A DNA stretch of 64,000 bases from Nitrospirota bacterium (GTDB taxonomy: Bacteria; Nitrospirota; UBA9217), in the NCBI GenBank assembly GCA_963845065.1, contig CAWJQQ010000009.1, forward strand, positions 800,001 to 864,000, given 5' to 3'. Each line of letters opens with the position of its first letter. The first letter of the stretch is position 1. This document shows, one piece after another, positions 43,178-54,049 of the stretch. The position numbers and the translations under genes were made by a program. Under the pieces are notes generated by a model, which did not search any database, was not told the DNA's origin, and saw only the letters and a list, made by a program, of their open reading frames with translations.

Positions 43178-46100
43178 TTATTGGCTCAATATGGCGAGAT
43201 AGCTGAGTGGCTCACTCCCAATGCTGGTAAAACTTCCACCTATGTAGACAGAACTACCGCTTACGGCAAGGGCAGAGACGGCGTTGTTCGCGTTCGGGTT
43301 CCAGGCCGTGACAGCGCCGGTTGTTGCATCAATCGCCGCGATATGATTCCTAACCTGGTTTCCGATGAAGTCAAAGCTTCCTCCTGCGTAGACCGTGTTC
43401 CCGCTCACGGCAAGGGCAGAGACAGGGTTGTTCGCGTTCGGGTTCCAGGATGTGGCAAGGCCTGTTGTTGAATCAATTGCCGCGATATAATTGCTCGCCT
43501 GGCCCCCGATGTTCCCAAAGCTTCCACCCGCGTAGACGGTGCTCCCGCTTACGGCAAGGGCAGAGACGATGCCGTCCGCGATCGGATTCCAAGAGGTGGC
43601 AAGGCCTGTTGTTGAATCAATTGCCGCGATATAATTGCTCGCCTGGCCCCCGATGTTAGCAAAGTTTCCACCTACGTAGACGCTGCTCCCGCTCACGGCA
43701 AGGGCAGAGACGGTGCCGTCTGCGTTCGGGGTCCAGGCGGTGCTGACAGTCCCGTTTGAATCAATCGCCGCGATATAAGGACTCGGCTGGCCCCCGATGT
43801 TCTGAAAGCTTCCCCCCGCATAGACCGTGCTTCCGCTTACAGCAAGGGCAGAGACGGTGCCGTCTGCGTTCGGGGTCCAGGCGGTGCTGACAGTCCCGTT
43901 TGAATCAATCGCCGCGATATAAGGACTCGACTGGCCCCCGATGTTCTGAAAGCTTCCCCCCACGTAGACCGTGTTTCCGCTTACGGTGAGGGCAGAGACG
44001 ATATTGTCAGCGTTCGGGTCCCAGGCAGTGACGACGATGCCGGTCGAATCAATCGCCGCAATATTATTCCTCACTTGTCCTCCGATGCTGGTGAAGCTTC
44101 CCCCCGCATAGACCGTGTTCCCGCTTACGGCAAGGGCAGAGACAGTGTTGTTCGCGTTCGGGTTCCAGCCGGTAGCAGTGCCAGTTGTTGTCTCAATCGC
44201 CGCGATATAATTCCTCACTTGTCCTCCGATGCTGGTGAAGCTTCCCCCCGCGTAGACCGTGTTCCCGCTCATGGCAAGGGCAGAGACAGTGTTGTTCGCG
44301 TTCGGGTTCCAGCCGGTAGCAGTGCCAGTTGTTGTATCAATCGCCGCGATATAATTCCTTGGCTGACCTCCGATATTCTGAAAGCTCCCCCCCACGTAGG
44401 CCGTGCTCCCGCTTATGGTAAGGGCAGATACATTGCCGTCTGCGCTCGGATTCCAGGCGGTGGCCAAGCCACTTGTTATGTCAATCGCCCCAATATAACT
44501 TCTAGCTTGACCCCCGATGCTGGTAAAGCTTCCCCCCGAGTAGACCGTGCTCCCGCTCACGGTAAGGGCAGAGATGGTGCCGACCACGTTCGGATTCCAA
44601 GCGGTGGCCAAGCCACTTGTTGAGTCAATCGCCGCAATATTACTTCTAGGTTGGCCCCCGATGTTCTGAAAGCTTCCCCCCGCGTAGACGGTGCTGCCGC
44701 TTACGGCAAGGGCAGAGACGGTACCGTCCGCGTTCGGGTTCCAGGCGGTGATGGCAGTGCCGGTTGAATCTATCGCCACGATCCAAGCGATCGGCTGGCC
44801 CCCGATGTTAGCAAAGTTTCCTGCCGCATAGACCGTGCTGCCGCTTACGGCAAGGGCAGAGACGGTACCGTCCGCGTTCGGGTTCCACGTGTGATCGACT
44901 GTGTTATTGGAAAGAACATGTGCGATGTTGCTGCATGGATTGCCGCCGACAGAGGTAAACGTCCCCCCGATATACCAACCGCCGCTCCCGTCCGCAGCAA
45001 CAGCATTAATAGTGCCGGTGACTACAGGAAAATCCGCCGGTAGCTCTCCGTTTGCTGCATCGATGGGCACACCGCTTCCGGTCTCTGGCCCTACCCGCGA
45101 AAAATTACCGCCGATGTAGATCGTCCCGTCTGCGCCTACGGCAACCGCAGACACAGGTCCATTTGTGACTAGGGCTGCAGTTGCCGTCACCGACACCGTT
45201 ACCGTATACGACGCCGTAGAGCCGTCAGACGCCGTCACGACGTAGATCACAGGGTTCTTAAAGTTATTCAGAGACGTGCCACTCACCTGAACGGTCGCGC
45301 CAATGTTAACGCTTGCGCCGGTTGCGGTGAACGTAGCAACCAGGCCAGTGACGTCAGTTCCATACGGTACGTTCACCGCAATGGTTTTTGCGTTTTCATC
45401 GATCGTTCCCGTTGCCGCGGAGTTCATAAATGAGAAAGCGGTTATGGCTTTTGCAGAATTGAGTGCAACAATTACCGTCACCGTATACGTTGCTGTAGTG
45501 CCGTCGGACGCTGTCACGACATAACCTACCGGGTTCGTAAAATCATCCGGCGTCGCGCCACTCACCTGAGAGGTAGAGCCTACGTTAACGCTTGCGCCGG
45601 TTGTGGTGAATGTAGCTATCAGCCCGGTCACGTCCGTTCCGTACGGTACAGTCACTGTAATGGTCATTGCGTTCTGATCGATCGTCCCCGTTGCCGCTGG
45701 GTTGGCGAATGAGAAAGCAGTTATGGTCTTAGCCGTGCTTAGTGCGACTGTTACGGTCACTGTATATGCCGCGGTCGTGCCATCCGCTGCAGTTACTGTG
45801 TAGGTCACGGGGTTCGTGAAGTTGTTCGGCGTCGTGCCGCTAGCCTGGACGGTAGCGCCTACGTTAACGCTTGCGCCGGTAGTGGTGAACGTGGCTACCA
45901 ATGCGGTCACGTCCGTTCCGTACGGTACGGTCACTGCAATGGTCAACAAGTTCTGATCGATCGTCCCCGTTGCCGCTGGATTGATGATTGAGAAGGTTGC
46001 AATGACTTTCGCGGAGCTCGGTGCTATCGTCACCGTCACTGTATACGTCGCCGTCGAGCCGTCTGCCGCCGTCACGACGTAGACCACCGGATTCGTGAAG

Positions 46101-46411
46101 TCATTCGGTGTCGTGCCGGTAGCCTGGACGGTAGCGCCTACGCTAACGCTTGCGCCGGTCGTGGTGAAAGTGGCTATCAACGCTTTCACACCTGTTTCAA
46201 ATGGTACGGTAACCGCAATGGTTTTTGCGTTCTCATTGATCGTCCCCGTTGCCGCTGGACTCGTAAATGAGAAGGCGGTTATGGCTTTTGCAGTGGAAGG
46301 CGGATTGGTTCCGTTGTTTCCTCCTCCCCCCCCACCTCCTCCTCCGCTGCACGCGGGCAAGAGAATGGACGCTGAGAAAAACAATACAAGCATTTTCTGG
46401 CAAAATTTCAT
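43178..46411 (-). CDS. Large surface lipoprotein: four Ig-like (DUF5018-type) repeats plus 48-aa beta-propeller repeats
   Basis: Lipobox LPAC then poly-Gly; 4x KAITAFSF..DFTNPVxYxVTAxDG; about 12x WNPNAxxxVSALAVSGxTVYAGGxF. Confidence 0.87.
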   Translation of the reverse strand: MKFCQKMLVLFFSASILLPACSGGGGGGGGGNNGTNPPSTAKAITAFSFTSPAATGTINENAKTIAVTVPFETGVKALIATFTTTGASVSVGATVQATGTTPNDFTNPVVYVVTAADGSTATYTVTVTIAPSSAKVIATFSIINPAATGTIDQNLLTIAVTVPYGTDVTALVATFTTTGASVNVGATVQASGTTPNNFTNPVTYTVTAADGTTAAYTVTVTVALSTAKTITAFSFANPAATGTIDQNAMTITVTVPYGTDVTGLIATFTTTGASVNVGSTSQVSGATPDDFTNPVGYVVTASDGTTATYTVTVIVALNSAKAITAFSFMNSAATGTIDENAKTIAVNVPYGTDVTGLVATFTATGASVNIGATVQVSGTSLNNFKNPVIYVVTASDGSTASYTVTVSVTATAALVTNGPVSAVAVGADGTIYIGGNFSRVGPETGSGVPIDAANGELPADFPVVTGTINAVAADGSGGWYIGGTFTSVGGNPCSNIAHVLSNNTVDHTWNPNADGTVSALAVSGSTVYAAGNFANIGGQPIAWIVAIDSTGTAITAWNPNADGTVSALAVSGSTVYAGGSFQNIGGQPRSNIAAIDSTSGLATAWNPNVVGTISALTVSGSTVYSGGSFTSIGGQARSYIGAIDITSGLATAWNPSADGNVSALTISGSTAYVGGSFQNIGGQPRNYIAAIDTTTGTATGWNPNANNTVSALAMSGNTVYAGGSFTSIGGQVRNYIAAIETTTGTATGWNPNANNTVSALAVSGNTVYAGGSFTSIGGQVRNNIAAIDSTGIVVTAWDPNADNIVSALTVSGNTVYVGGSFQNIGGQSSPYIAAIDSNGTVSTAWTPNADGTVSALAVSGSTVYAGGSFQNIGGQPSPYIAAIDSNGTVSTAWTPNADGTVSALAVSGSSVYVGGNFANIGGQASNYIAAIDSTTGLATSWNPIADGIVSALAVSGSTVYAGGSFGNIGGQASNYIAAIDSTTGLATSWNPNANNPVSALAVSGNTVYAGGSFDFIGNQVRNHIAAIDATTGAVTAWNPNANNAVSALAVSGSSVYIGGSFTSIGSEPLSYLAILSQ

Positions 46412-46972
46412 TGTGATATCTACCTCACATTATAAAAATTCTATATTATTGGCTTGCGGGGCTGCATTATATGCCTATTCCACTTCAACGGACGTCAGGT
46501 AATTCGAACTGCTTACGAACAAAAATTGCAGGGCCTTTGAATCCACGCTGTCACAGTGGTTTAAATTTTGATGCATTCGTGTCCAAATCCAAAGCCACAA
46601 AAGAAAGGTAATTTAATGATGATTCTATCACAATCGCAGGTCTGAATTCAGCAAAAAACTTTATACAAAAAATTTAGGGCGTAGCGATAGAGGCGTCTGG
46701 CGGCAGGCAAGTGGAAGACTTCGGTACTTCAGTAAAATAGGCAACATGGCGTAATTGCACGCTGTTAGAATGTTTGAAAGCAAAGGCCTAGAGTTTGCAA
46801 TTTATATATGCAACAGGGCCGTGTGAACATGAAATATACCGGCACTTAACAGAAAAAGGTTACCCGTGTCTAATTAGTTTTATAGGAGAGAAGTATGGCA
46901 TGTGGTAATGTATTCGTTGATGGAGCATGATTTAATCTATGGAGGTGGTGGTACGTGTGAGTATTTGTGGCT

Positions 46973-48094
46973 TTAAGGATCCGGTTCGATGAGATTGATA
47001 TACGCGACGCCGGCACTCGTTGTATCAGCAGCAACGGAAAAATATAAGGCGCTACTCGATGCAATCAACGTGCAATCCTCGGGTGTTGTTCCCCCTAAGA
47101 AAGTATTATCAGTCAAACAGCTCGCCGGCGTCGTAAACGTGCTGTCGCTACCGAACACTTTAAGGTTTGCATTTTCTGTAAGTCCGGTGATGCTGACCGT
47201 GTAACGCGTGCCCACGGACAATCCGCTGACCGTGTAAAAACTTGTTCCAGCCCAGGCAACCTGGCCGGGTGAGGGTGTGTTGACAGTGAGCGCGATCGGG
47301 GAGCCTATGCTCCCCTCATTCGACGGCGCTGGGATGATTGGCGTTGGTGTTGTCAGTGCTGTGAATTGGATTGTGGCAGCTGAGCTGAAAATCCCATCTA
47401 TGATAAAAAATAGAGTGCCGCTAGAGGAAACCAACGTGCAGTCTTCGGGTGTTGTGCCGGAAAAACGCGTATTGTTGATAGAGCAGATAGCTTGTGTTGA
47501 GAAAGTATTGTCATTGCCAAAAATATAGAGGACAGCGTTATCGGAAAGGCCGGTAATGCTCGTTGTATAGGTCACTCCAGGCGAAACCGTAACGGCAGAA
47601 ACCAGGGCTCCCGTCTGAGTTGTGGTGCCAGGAAATGGAGTCGAAAGGGTCATATTGGTCGTGGTAAGAAGTTCAATGTCGATCGTGTAGGTGGCAGCTC
47701 CACTCGATAGAAATGAGCCGTCAACACCGAAGTAGAGAGTGTTCCCCGTGGCGGCCATGACACAATCCTCAGGCGATGTCCCGATTATGTAGGTATTGTC
47801 GATTGCGCACTGTACGAGCGTTGTGAAGGTACTGTCCGTTCCGAACACAAGGAGATCGGTGTCGTCAACTTGGTTCGTTATGCTGATCTTATAGAGGGCG
47901 CCTGGAGACACTGTAGCAGAATAAGCGTTAAAGCCTGAGCGTTCGACAGTATCGGAAAGCGGCGATCCGACAGTCAAGACGAATGGCGGTGGTGGTGCCC
48001 ATTCTCTCCGATGACCATTGCCGCATGCTGTTAAAACTACGGGAAATAATAAAACCAGTATTATATATACTCTTGATGAGAATCTCGACTCCAT
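46973..48094 (-). CDS. Hypothetical lipoprotein with three internal repeats (possibly PPC-like beta-sandwich)
   Basis: Lipobox LTAC; 3x SIT..LxxFGxDxTF...C..NT...GTxPEDC..LxF. Confidence 0.75.
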   Translation of the reverse strand: MESRFSSRVYIILVLLFPVVLTACGNGHRREWAPPPPFVLTVGSPLSDTVERSGFNAYSATVSPGALYKISITNQVDDTDLLVFGTDSTFTTLVQCAIDNTYIIGTSPEDCVMAATGNTLYFGVDGSFLSSGAATYTIDIELLTTTNMTLSTPFPGTTTQTGALVSAVTVSPGVTYTTSITGLSDNAVLYIFGNDNTFSTQAICSINNTRFSGTTPEDCTLVSSSGTLFFIIDGIFSSAATIQFTALTTPTPIIPAPSNEGSIGSPIALTVNTPSPGQVAWAGTSFYTVSGLSVGTRYTVSITGLTENANLKVFGSDSTFTTPASCLTDNTFLGGTTPEDCTLIASSSALYFSVAADTTSAGVAYINLIEPDP

Positions 48095-49169
48095 GCGGCA
48101 TTCTCCCTTCCGATTCGAAGCACCTCCAGACGCACGATGGGAGATTGTTATACTCTCAAATAGTTTCGAAACAATTTACATTAATTCGACAAAAACATGC
48201 CACTTTCCCTCATCTTTACTCTATACATGGATGCTTTGCATCCTTGATTGGGGGGGGGTAAGTGGGGCTGAAAGCCACCCTAACGCTCCAATCCATCGGC
48301 ATAGCCTCCGACTTGTACAACATCTTCTCGTTGTGTCAACATGCCCTCCGTATGGGAGAAAAGTTCCAACTACTTTTTATTTATTATAGCTCAAATTATT
48401 AAGAAAGGTTACTGGGCATTGCAACTCACGGCATCTGCCCGAAATTTGGAAACCATATTCATGATAGAGCGCATGAGAATACAGTTAAAAAAGGCAAGAA
48501 TATAATCGTTCCATAAGTTTTAAACAGTTATATGGTTTAAGTTAATGTAAAAATAATATTGCACCAGGTGCCGACAAATGCATACTCCACAAATGGTTTA
48601 TAAATAGAAGAGATATACTTTTGTCGTATGTGAACTCGGCTTTTCAATTAGGTCGACTTGGCGCTGCTTAAACTTCCAGAATATAAGGAAACCCACTGCA
48701 AATGTACCGTTGAAGTCCAATTAAGGTGCGGCATGCTTGCAGGACTAATATATTTGGGAGGTAAGACTATTTTCCGCATAACGTGAAGCGCACTATTTAA
48801 AAAAATATGGTAACAGGATACGGTGATAAAGTCAGTTATAAACGCCTTGCCAAAGGCAATCACGGTTTGAGAATCCGGCTATTTATCTGGACCGACTATT
48901 TTTTATTATACCAAGTAGGTGAAAAATTGTATGTCTATTACTAAACGACCCTTACCTGATTGCTCGCAACCAGCGACTCTTACACTTACCCTGAGTGAGG
49001 AGGTTTACGGACCGAATGATTATTTTAATGATAGTCGCTAAATCGCAGGCCTCTTCATGGCCTCTTCCAAGTAGTTACATGACGGCTATGCAGGATTTGC
49101 TGGAGAGAGTGAATATGAGTGATCCTTGATGTCGACTAGAATTTATGTTGCAGATTGCAACTGAATTGC

Positions 49170-50096
49170 CTAAGAACGCTTTGTCCATGTTACGCCGTCA
49201 CGAGAGGTGAGGATGATGTTGCTCCATCCCACGGCCACAAACTGAGAAAGGCCCCCGGACCAGACAACGCCAAAAAGGGAATTTGATGTGCCAGAAGACC
49301 GTTGCGTCCATGTTACGGCATCTGGAGAGGTAAGGATGGTTCCCGTATCTCCTACGACAACATATTGCGTTCCGGACCACGCAATACCGCTCAGGCCGTT
49401 TGATATCCCGGATGTCTGAATTACCCACGTCACTCCATCGGGAGAGGTAAGGATAGCGCCATTATTACCTACTATCACAAACTGTGTCCCTGACCATATT
49501 ATGCCACCAAGGGGCTCTGTACTGCCCGAAGTTCGTACTGTCCAGGTAACTGCGTCTGGAGAGGTAAGGATTGTGCCGTCATACCCGACAGCAACGAACT
49601 GAGTTCCGGACCAGGCAAGGCCATAAAGATTCGTCGAAGTGCCCGATGTCTGCAGAGTCCATTGTGCTCCCGTCGGTGAGGTAAATACGGCGCCAGAATC
49701 TCCAACTGTCGCGAACTGAGAACCGGACCAGACAACACCATAGAGATCAATAATTGTTCCCGACGTCTGCATAGTCCACGATACTCCGTCGGGAGAAGTG
49801 AAAATAACCCCTTGGTTGCCAACTGCCGTAAATCGTGTTCCAGACCATGCAACATTTAGCAGTGACTTTGTTGTACCGGAGTTCTGGTAAGTCCACGATA
49901 ATCCGTCAGGGGAGGTTCGGATAATGCCGCAGTTTCCCACTCCAACATATTGGGTGCCCGACCAAATAAGACCAAACAGCCCGCTCTCTGTTGGTTCATT
50001 GCCGCCACCACAAGCCACAAGGACAAACGGAAGCATCACATAAACAAGCCGCATAGCGAGGGATTTTATCAAGGAAACCCTCCTGGAATCCATCAT
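49170..50096 (-). CDS. Asp-box/BNR-like repeat beta-propeller lipoprotein
   Basis: Lipobox LVAC-GGG; seven WSGTQFVAVG..G.ILTSPDGVTWT repeats. Confidence 0.85.
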   Translation of the reverse strand: MMDSRRVSLIKSLAMRLVYVMLPFVLVACGGGNEPTESGLFGLIWSGTQYVGVGNCGIIRTSPDGLSWTYQNSGTTKSLLNVAWSGTRFTAVGNQGVIFTSPDGVSWTMQTSGTIIDLYGVVWSGSQFATVGDSGAVFTSPTGAQWTLQTSGTSTNLYGLAWSGTQFVAVGYDGTILTSPDAVTWTVRTSGSTEPLGGIIWSGTQFVIVGNNGAILTSPDGVTWVIQTSGISNGLSGIAWSGTQYVVVGDTGTILTSPDAVTWTQRSSGTSNSLFGVVWSGGLSQFVAVGWSNIILTSRDGVTWTKRS

Positions 50097-50110
50097 AACC
50101 TAAATTTATT

Positions 50111-51835
50111 GTAACTATTCAGATCCCACTGGAGCGAAAACTATTCTGGGCTAGCCGGATAACATGAAATCAGGCGACCGACCTTCAAATAAAAGCGTCA
50201 AGGCTTCGGTTGCCGTGATGCCCTGTTTCCGGCAGGTGGACAAATAACTTCGAATTCGGCAGAAGATCAGCGCACCATCCCAGGAGCGGAAGCACCCTGA
50301 TATCTTCTGTTGAACCTTCGTCATCCGGATGTCATTTTCAGCCTGATTGTTCGAGAAAGGCACATCAGGCACAACCATGAATCTCAGTACATCGTTCTGG
50401 TAATCGCGAAGCCGTTCCAGAAGATTTCTTGCTTTGGAACGAGGAAGCTTGCCCCTGCTCCCTTGTCGCTGTGCTTCTTTCGGGGTGGGGCACTCCTTAT
50501 CAGCCTCAGCGAGCAATTTCCGATACCGTTTCCGGTAGCGCTTAGACTCCGGAGCCGGAAGCACGCCGCCTGCATCAAGAACAGCCTTGTTCATCTCTTT
50601 GAGCAGGTCCGACATCTTAGAGGCCCATTGCTGTTTGTCCTGTTCAAAGGCATTTTCCAGTTCCCTGAGATGGTGAGCATTGCACAGGGCATGGAATGCG
50701 CCATACTTAAAGTAGGGTTTCCAATGATCGTGACAGAGGATACCCTTAAACGTTGGAAGTATCCCCATTGCATCCATCGCCTCGGTCCCTCGTTTTTCAT
50801 GAGGGAAGAAACAGGTCCAGTCGGCATTGGATGCGCTGTGAAGCCAGTATCGCTTGCCGCCGATATTGACGCCGGTTTCATCGACATGAAGCACCGCTGA
50901 TATGGCAAGCTGTACCCTGACCCACTTGTCAAAGTGTTCCAGGCGCTCATAGGCTTCCTGGTTGAAATTGAAGATGGAGCCCCCGCTGACGGGAATCCGC
51001 AGCTGCTCCAGAAAATGATCCTCAATGCGATTATACGGGATCAACTGGAATTGCGACATATAGATCGAGTTGACCTTAACGCTGTTGCCATATTGCACCG
51101 GCCGGGTGACTCCATCTGGAAACGGGGCCACATAGCGCTTACCCTGCTGGTCTTTCAGTATCTCGGCCCGATACTCCGTCACCACTCGCGAGATGTTCAG
51201 GTCGATGACTTGCCGGACTTCATAGCCGGCTTCCTGATAGCGACCGCGAGGTAGGACGCTTCTATCAACCGGTAGAATTTTGATTTCATCAGGATCGGGA
51301 ACCGGCTTCAGCGTTGTGCCGGAACGACCCTGTTGTCCTCCTGGCTTGCGGCCGCCTTGCCCTCTGGGCTTCTTCTGCCGATTGGGATCCATCGACGGCG
51401 GCGTGCTGCTGTTCTTACTGTTGAGGCCCAACTTATTCACAAGGAGCGGCACCAGAAGCAACAGCACTTCAAGACTTGCTTTGAGCGCCGGTGACATTTC
51501 TTTTTCTTCGGCGATCAGTGTTTTGACTCGCTCGATTGTGGCTTCAACGTTTATGTTTTGTATCGTCATCCTGAATATCCTGTCTTTGTGATGGAGCATT
51601 GTACCACAGGTTTTCAGAACGACTTATTTGGCGCGAGGTTTGTCACTCGTGCAATTATATTTTCTCAGTCACTCCTTCTATGTCGCGCATAATTGACGGC
51701 ATGATTGGATGCTTTCTGTTTCGCACATGGGCTATTTGTGCATGGTTTGTGACGGCGATGCTGCCTCATATTATTTTATGAAAACCTTGTCAAGAACAAT
51801 TTGCATTTTTATCAAATATTTTACTGAATAGTTAC
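50111..51835 (-). mobile_element. Intact single-ORF IS66-family element (ISBst12-like)
   Basis: 12-bp perfect terminal IR GTAACTATTCAG; 8-bp target duplication AATTTATT at 50103-50110 and 51836-51843. Confidence 0.95.
50151..51569 (-). CDS. IS66-family transposase
   Basis: NSKNSSTPPS, HVDETG, CHDHW, CNAHHLREL and NNQAENDIR..KVQQKISG motifs. Confidence 0.95.
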   Translation of the reverse strand: MTIQNINVEATIERVKTLIAEEKEMSPALKASLEVLLLLVPLLVNKLGLNSKNSSTPPSMDPNRQKKPRGQGGRKPGGQQGRSGTTLKPVPDPDEIKILPVDRSVLPRGRYQEAGYEVRQVIDLNISRVVTEYRAEILKDQQGKRYVAPFPDGVTRPVQYGNSVKVNSIYMSQFQLIPYNRIEDHFLEQLRIPVSGGSIFNFNQEAYERLEHFDKWVRVQLAISAVLHVDETGVNIGGKRYWLHSASNADWTCFFPHEKRGTEAMDAMGILPTFKGILCHDHWKPYFKYGAFHALCNAHHLRELENAFEQDKQQWASKMSDLLKEMNKAVLDAGGVLPAPESKRYRKRYRKLLAEADKECPTPKEAQRQGSRGKLPRSKARNLLERLRDYQNDVLRFMVVPDVPFSNNQAENDIRMTKVQQKISGCFRSWDGALIFCRIRSYLSTCRKQGITATEALTLLFEGRSPDFMLSG

Positions 51836-51916
51836 AATTTATTCAGATGAGAATATCTCTGATTTTCGAAACAATATGCAAAGTGTGCTTTACGCGTATC
51901 GCACGGTTCTCGGCTG

Positions 51917-54001
51917 TCAGAAATTCGCGGAAAGTGTTAAGCGAAATTCACGCGGGTTCGCCGGATGCGTGGAAATGTCCGCCACGCCTGCCGGGGGTTC
52001 TCCCGGAAGTCGGGACACATAAAAATAGTCAATATCGCTGACCTGTGCGTTAAACACGTTCAAAACATCAAGGAATATGCGGCAATTATTGTTGAATTTA
52101 TAACCGACCCGGGCATCCACGATTGTGGACGCGTTGGATGTTACACTGCCGTCATCATAAAGGGGACGTGGTCCGAAATAACGCCCCCGCAGACTTGCGA
52201 GATAGCCGTCTATGCTATCAACAGAGGCTCCGGCAGAGGCTACCGCTTCGGGTGAACCAGGAATGTAGGGTCCGATAGGATCACCTACAAAGCGCGCATG
52301 AGATAAGGCTAGGTCCGCATCAAGTGTGAACCATGGGGTTGGCGTATAAAAGTTTGCCCATTCCACGCCGTACCGATGGCTTGCATAGCTCGGCGTGGTT
52401 ACACCGGCGTCTCCATCAAAGACGAGCTCGGAGGCCAGATTCAATGCCCAAAAGGTAAGCTCGCTTTGCGCATGGGGGATGATTGCGGTTCTCGCCCCGA
52501 TATCGAGGCCCTCTGCCCGCACGAGGGGGGTGACTTTGCTGGTCGGCAAGCCTGTCTGTGGGTCCACCGTCATGGTTGCTCCCCGTCCATCATTGCTGTG
52601 GAAGCCTTGGCCGGCATTTATATAGTATTCTGTTTTTCCCCAAGGTCCGAAAATCAGGCTCAGTTTAGGGCTCAAAAGAGAGCCGTGGGCCTCTCCAGAA
52701 TTGAGGGGATTGTTAGCCATAACATCCCAATAGTAATCGTCTTCACGGAGCCCCGCTATGCTGCGGAATTTTTCCGACCATTGAAAACGGTTCTGTACAT
52801 AGAGGCTCCCGCTCGTTTGGATGACATGGTCCTGCTCTATTACGGAAAGCTGCTGTTGATCCACGGTTTGGTAAAGTCCGACCGGATTGATGTCATCATT
52901 GCGTACCTGAAATCCTATCGTATTGACCATATCGTGATTAGCAAGCTTCATTATCCAATCATGGCTGATATTGAACCCGGACGTGACCCGATTATCGTAT
53001 TGATGAAACTGGTCGCCATTGACCTGATTTACCAGATCATACGTAAAGTTATTCCACAAATTCATTTGATACTTGATTACATAGGCATTCTCCCTCGTGA
53101 TTGCATTATCCGATGTCTGTTGCCCTTCCACGGAAAGGCTATATCGGTACGTGTTTCCTGCATCTGTGGGAGTGAGGGAGCCATAACGGGAGATCAGGTC
53201 CTCATCTATGGCGCGAATAGCGACCTGGTTCGTGGCATTCCAGGTACCGTTATAGCCCATGGCGGTTATACTGTAGCCGTTTTGCCCATCACCATGGCTG
53301 TAGCGAAGCACGCAATTAAATTTATTGTAGTTGTCAGGATTGACCCAGGGACCGTCATCATGGTACGCTTCTAAACCATAGAGCAGATGGCCTCCGGCAA
53401 GCTCGGGGGATCCCGCCACTAAAGCCCTGCGATATCCGTCGGTTCCTATGCCCACTATGGCGACATTCCGCTCCAGCATATTGCGGTAATCTATGTTGAC
53501 AGCGCCGGCAGCGGAAAAGTCTCCTTGATCCGCATAGTATGGCCCTTTTCTGTATTGGATGCTGCTGATAAGCTCCGGCATTAGGAAGTTCAAGTCCGTA
53601 TATCCCTGCCCATGCGCGTGGGTCGGCTCATTGATAGGCATGCCTGCCATCGTAGTAGCCATATCAGTTCCGTGATCAAGGTTAAATCCGCGTAAATAGT
53701 ATTGGTTTGCTTTGCCTTCGCCGCTGTGCTGACTGACAATCAGACCAGGAACTGCTTCAAGGATTTCGCCGGTCCGTAATATAGGCGTGTCCTCAATCTC
53801 TTTGGGCGTGATGGTCCCTTCTGTTGCTGAATCCGCAGAACCCACCAGATTCTCAGCAGAGTCTGTTATCTCTACGGTATCCAGAGTCTGCACACCGCCA
53901 CCGAAGACAGCTGTCGTGTGCCCAATGACGATAATAGAGATGCCAAGAGTGAGTTTCAAAAAACAGTAAGTGTTCCTAAATTTCCTCTTCAAAATCAACA
54001 T
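51917..54001 (-). CDS. TonB-dependent outer membrane receptor (candidate Ni/Co uptake)
   Basis: TonB box DTVEIT; LEAVPGL, GKANQYYLRGFNLDHGTD; C-terminal Phe. Confidence 0.9.
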   Translation of the reverse strand: MLILKRKFRNTYCFLKLTLGISIIVIGHTTAVFGGGVQTLDTVEITDSAENLVGSADSATEGTITPKEIEDTPILRTGEILEAVPGLIVSQHSGEGKANQYYLRGFNLDHGTDMATTMAGMPINEPTHAHGQGYTDLNFLMPELISSIQYRKGPYYADQGDFSAAGAVNIDYRNMLERNVAIVGIGTDGYRRALVAGSPELAGGHLLYGLEAYHDDGPWVNPDNYNKFNCVLRYSHGDGQNGYSITAMGYNGTWNATNQVAIRAIDEDLISRYGSLTPTDAGNTYRYSLSVEGQQTSDNAITRENAYVIKYQMNLWNNFTYDLVNQVNGDQFHQYDNRVTSGFNISHDWIMKLANHDMVNTIGFQVRNDDINPVGLYQTVDQQQLSVIEQDHVIQTSGSLYVQNRFQWSEKFRSIAGLREDDYYWDVMANNPLNSGEAHGSLLSPKLSLIFGPWGKTEYYINAGQGFHSNDGRGATMTVDPQTGLPTSKVTPLVRAEGLDIGARTAIIPHAQSELTFWALNLASELVFDGDAGVTTPSYASHRYGVEWANFYTPTPWFTLDADLALSHARFVGDPIGPYIPGSPEAVASAGASVDSIDGYLASLRGRYFGPRPLYDDGSVTSNASTIVDARVGYKFNNNCRIFLDVLNVFNAQVSDIDYFYVSRLPGEPPAGVADISTHPANPREFRLTLSANF

Positions 54002-54049
54002 TCCACAAAAAAATATTATGCAATCCTTACGTACCCTTTTGATAATACT

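Noticed and set aside
11438..46411. CRISPR array or diversity-generating retroelement suggested by the many repeats
   Set aside because: The repeats are in-frame protein repeats. No spacers, cas genes, reverse transcriptase or adenine-specific TR/VR pair were seen.
52376..53374. Long antisense ORFs (this 332-aa one; also 61490..62356 and 50310..50900)
   Set aside because: Shadows of well-supported genes on the opposite strand, with no motifs.
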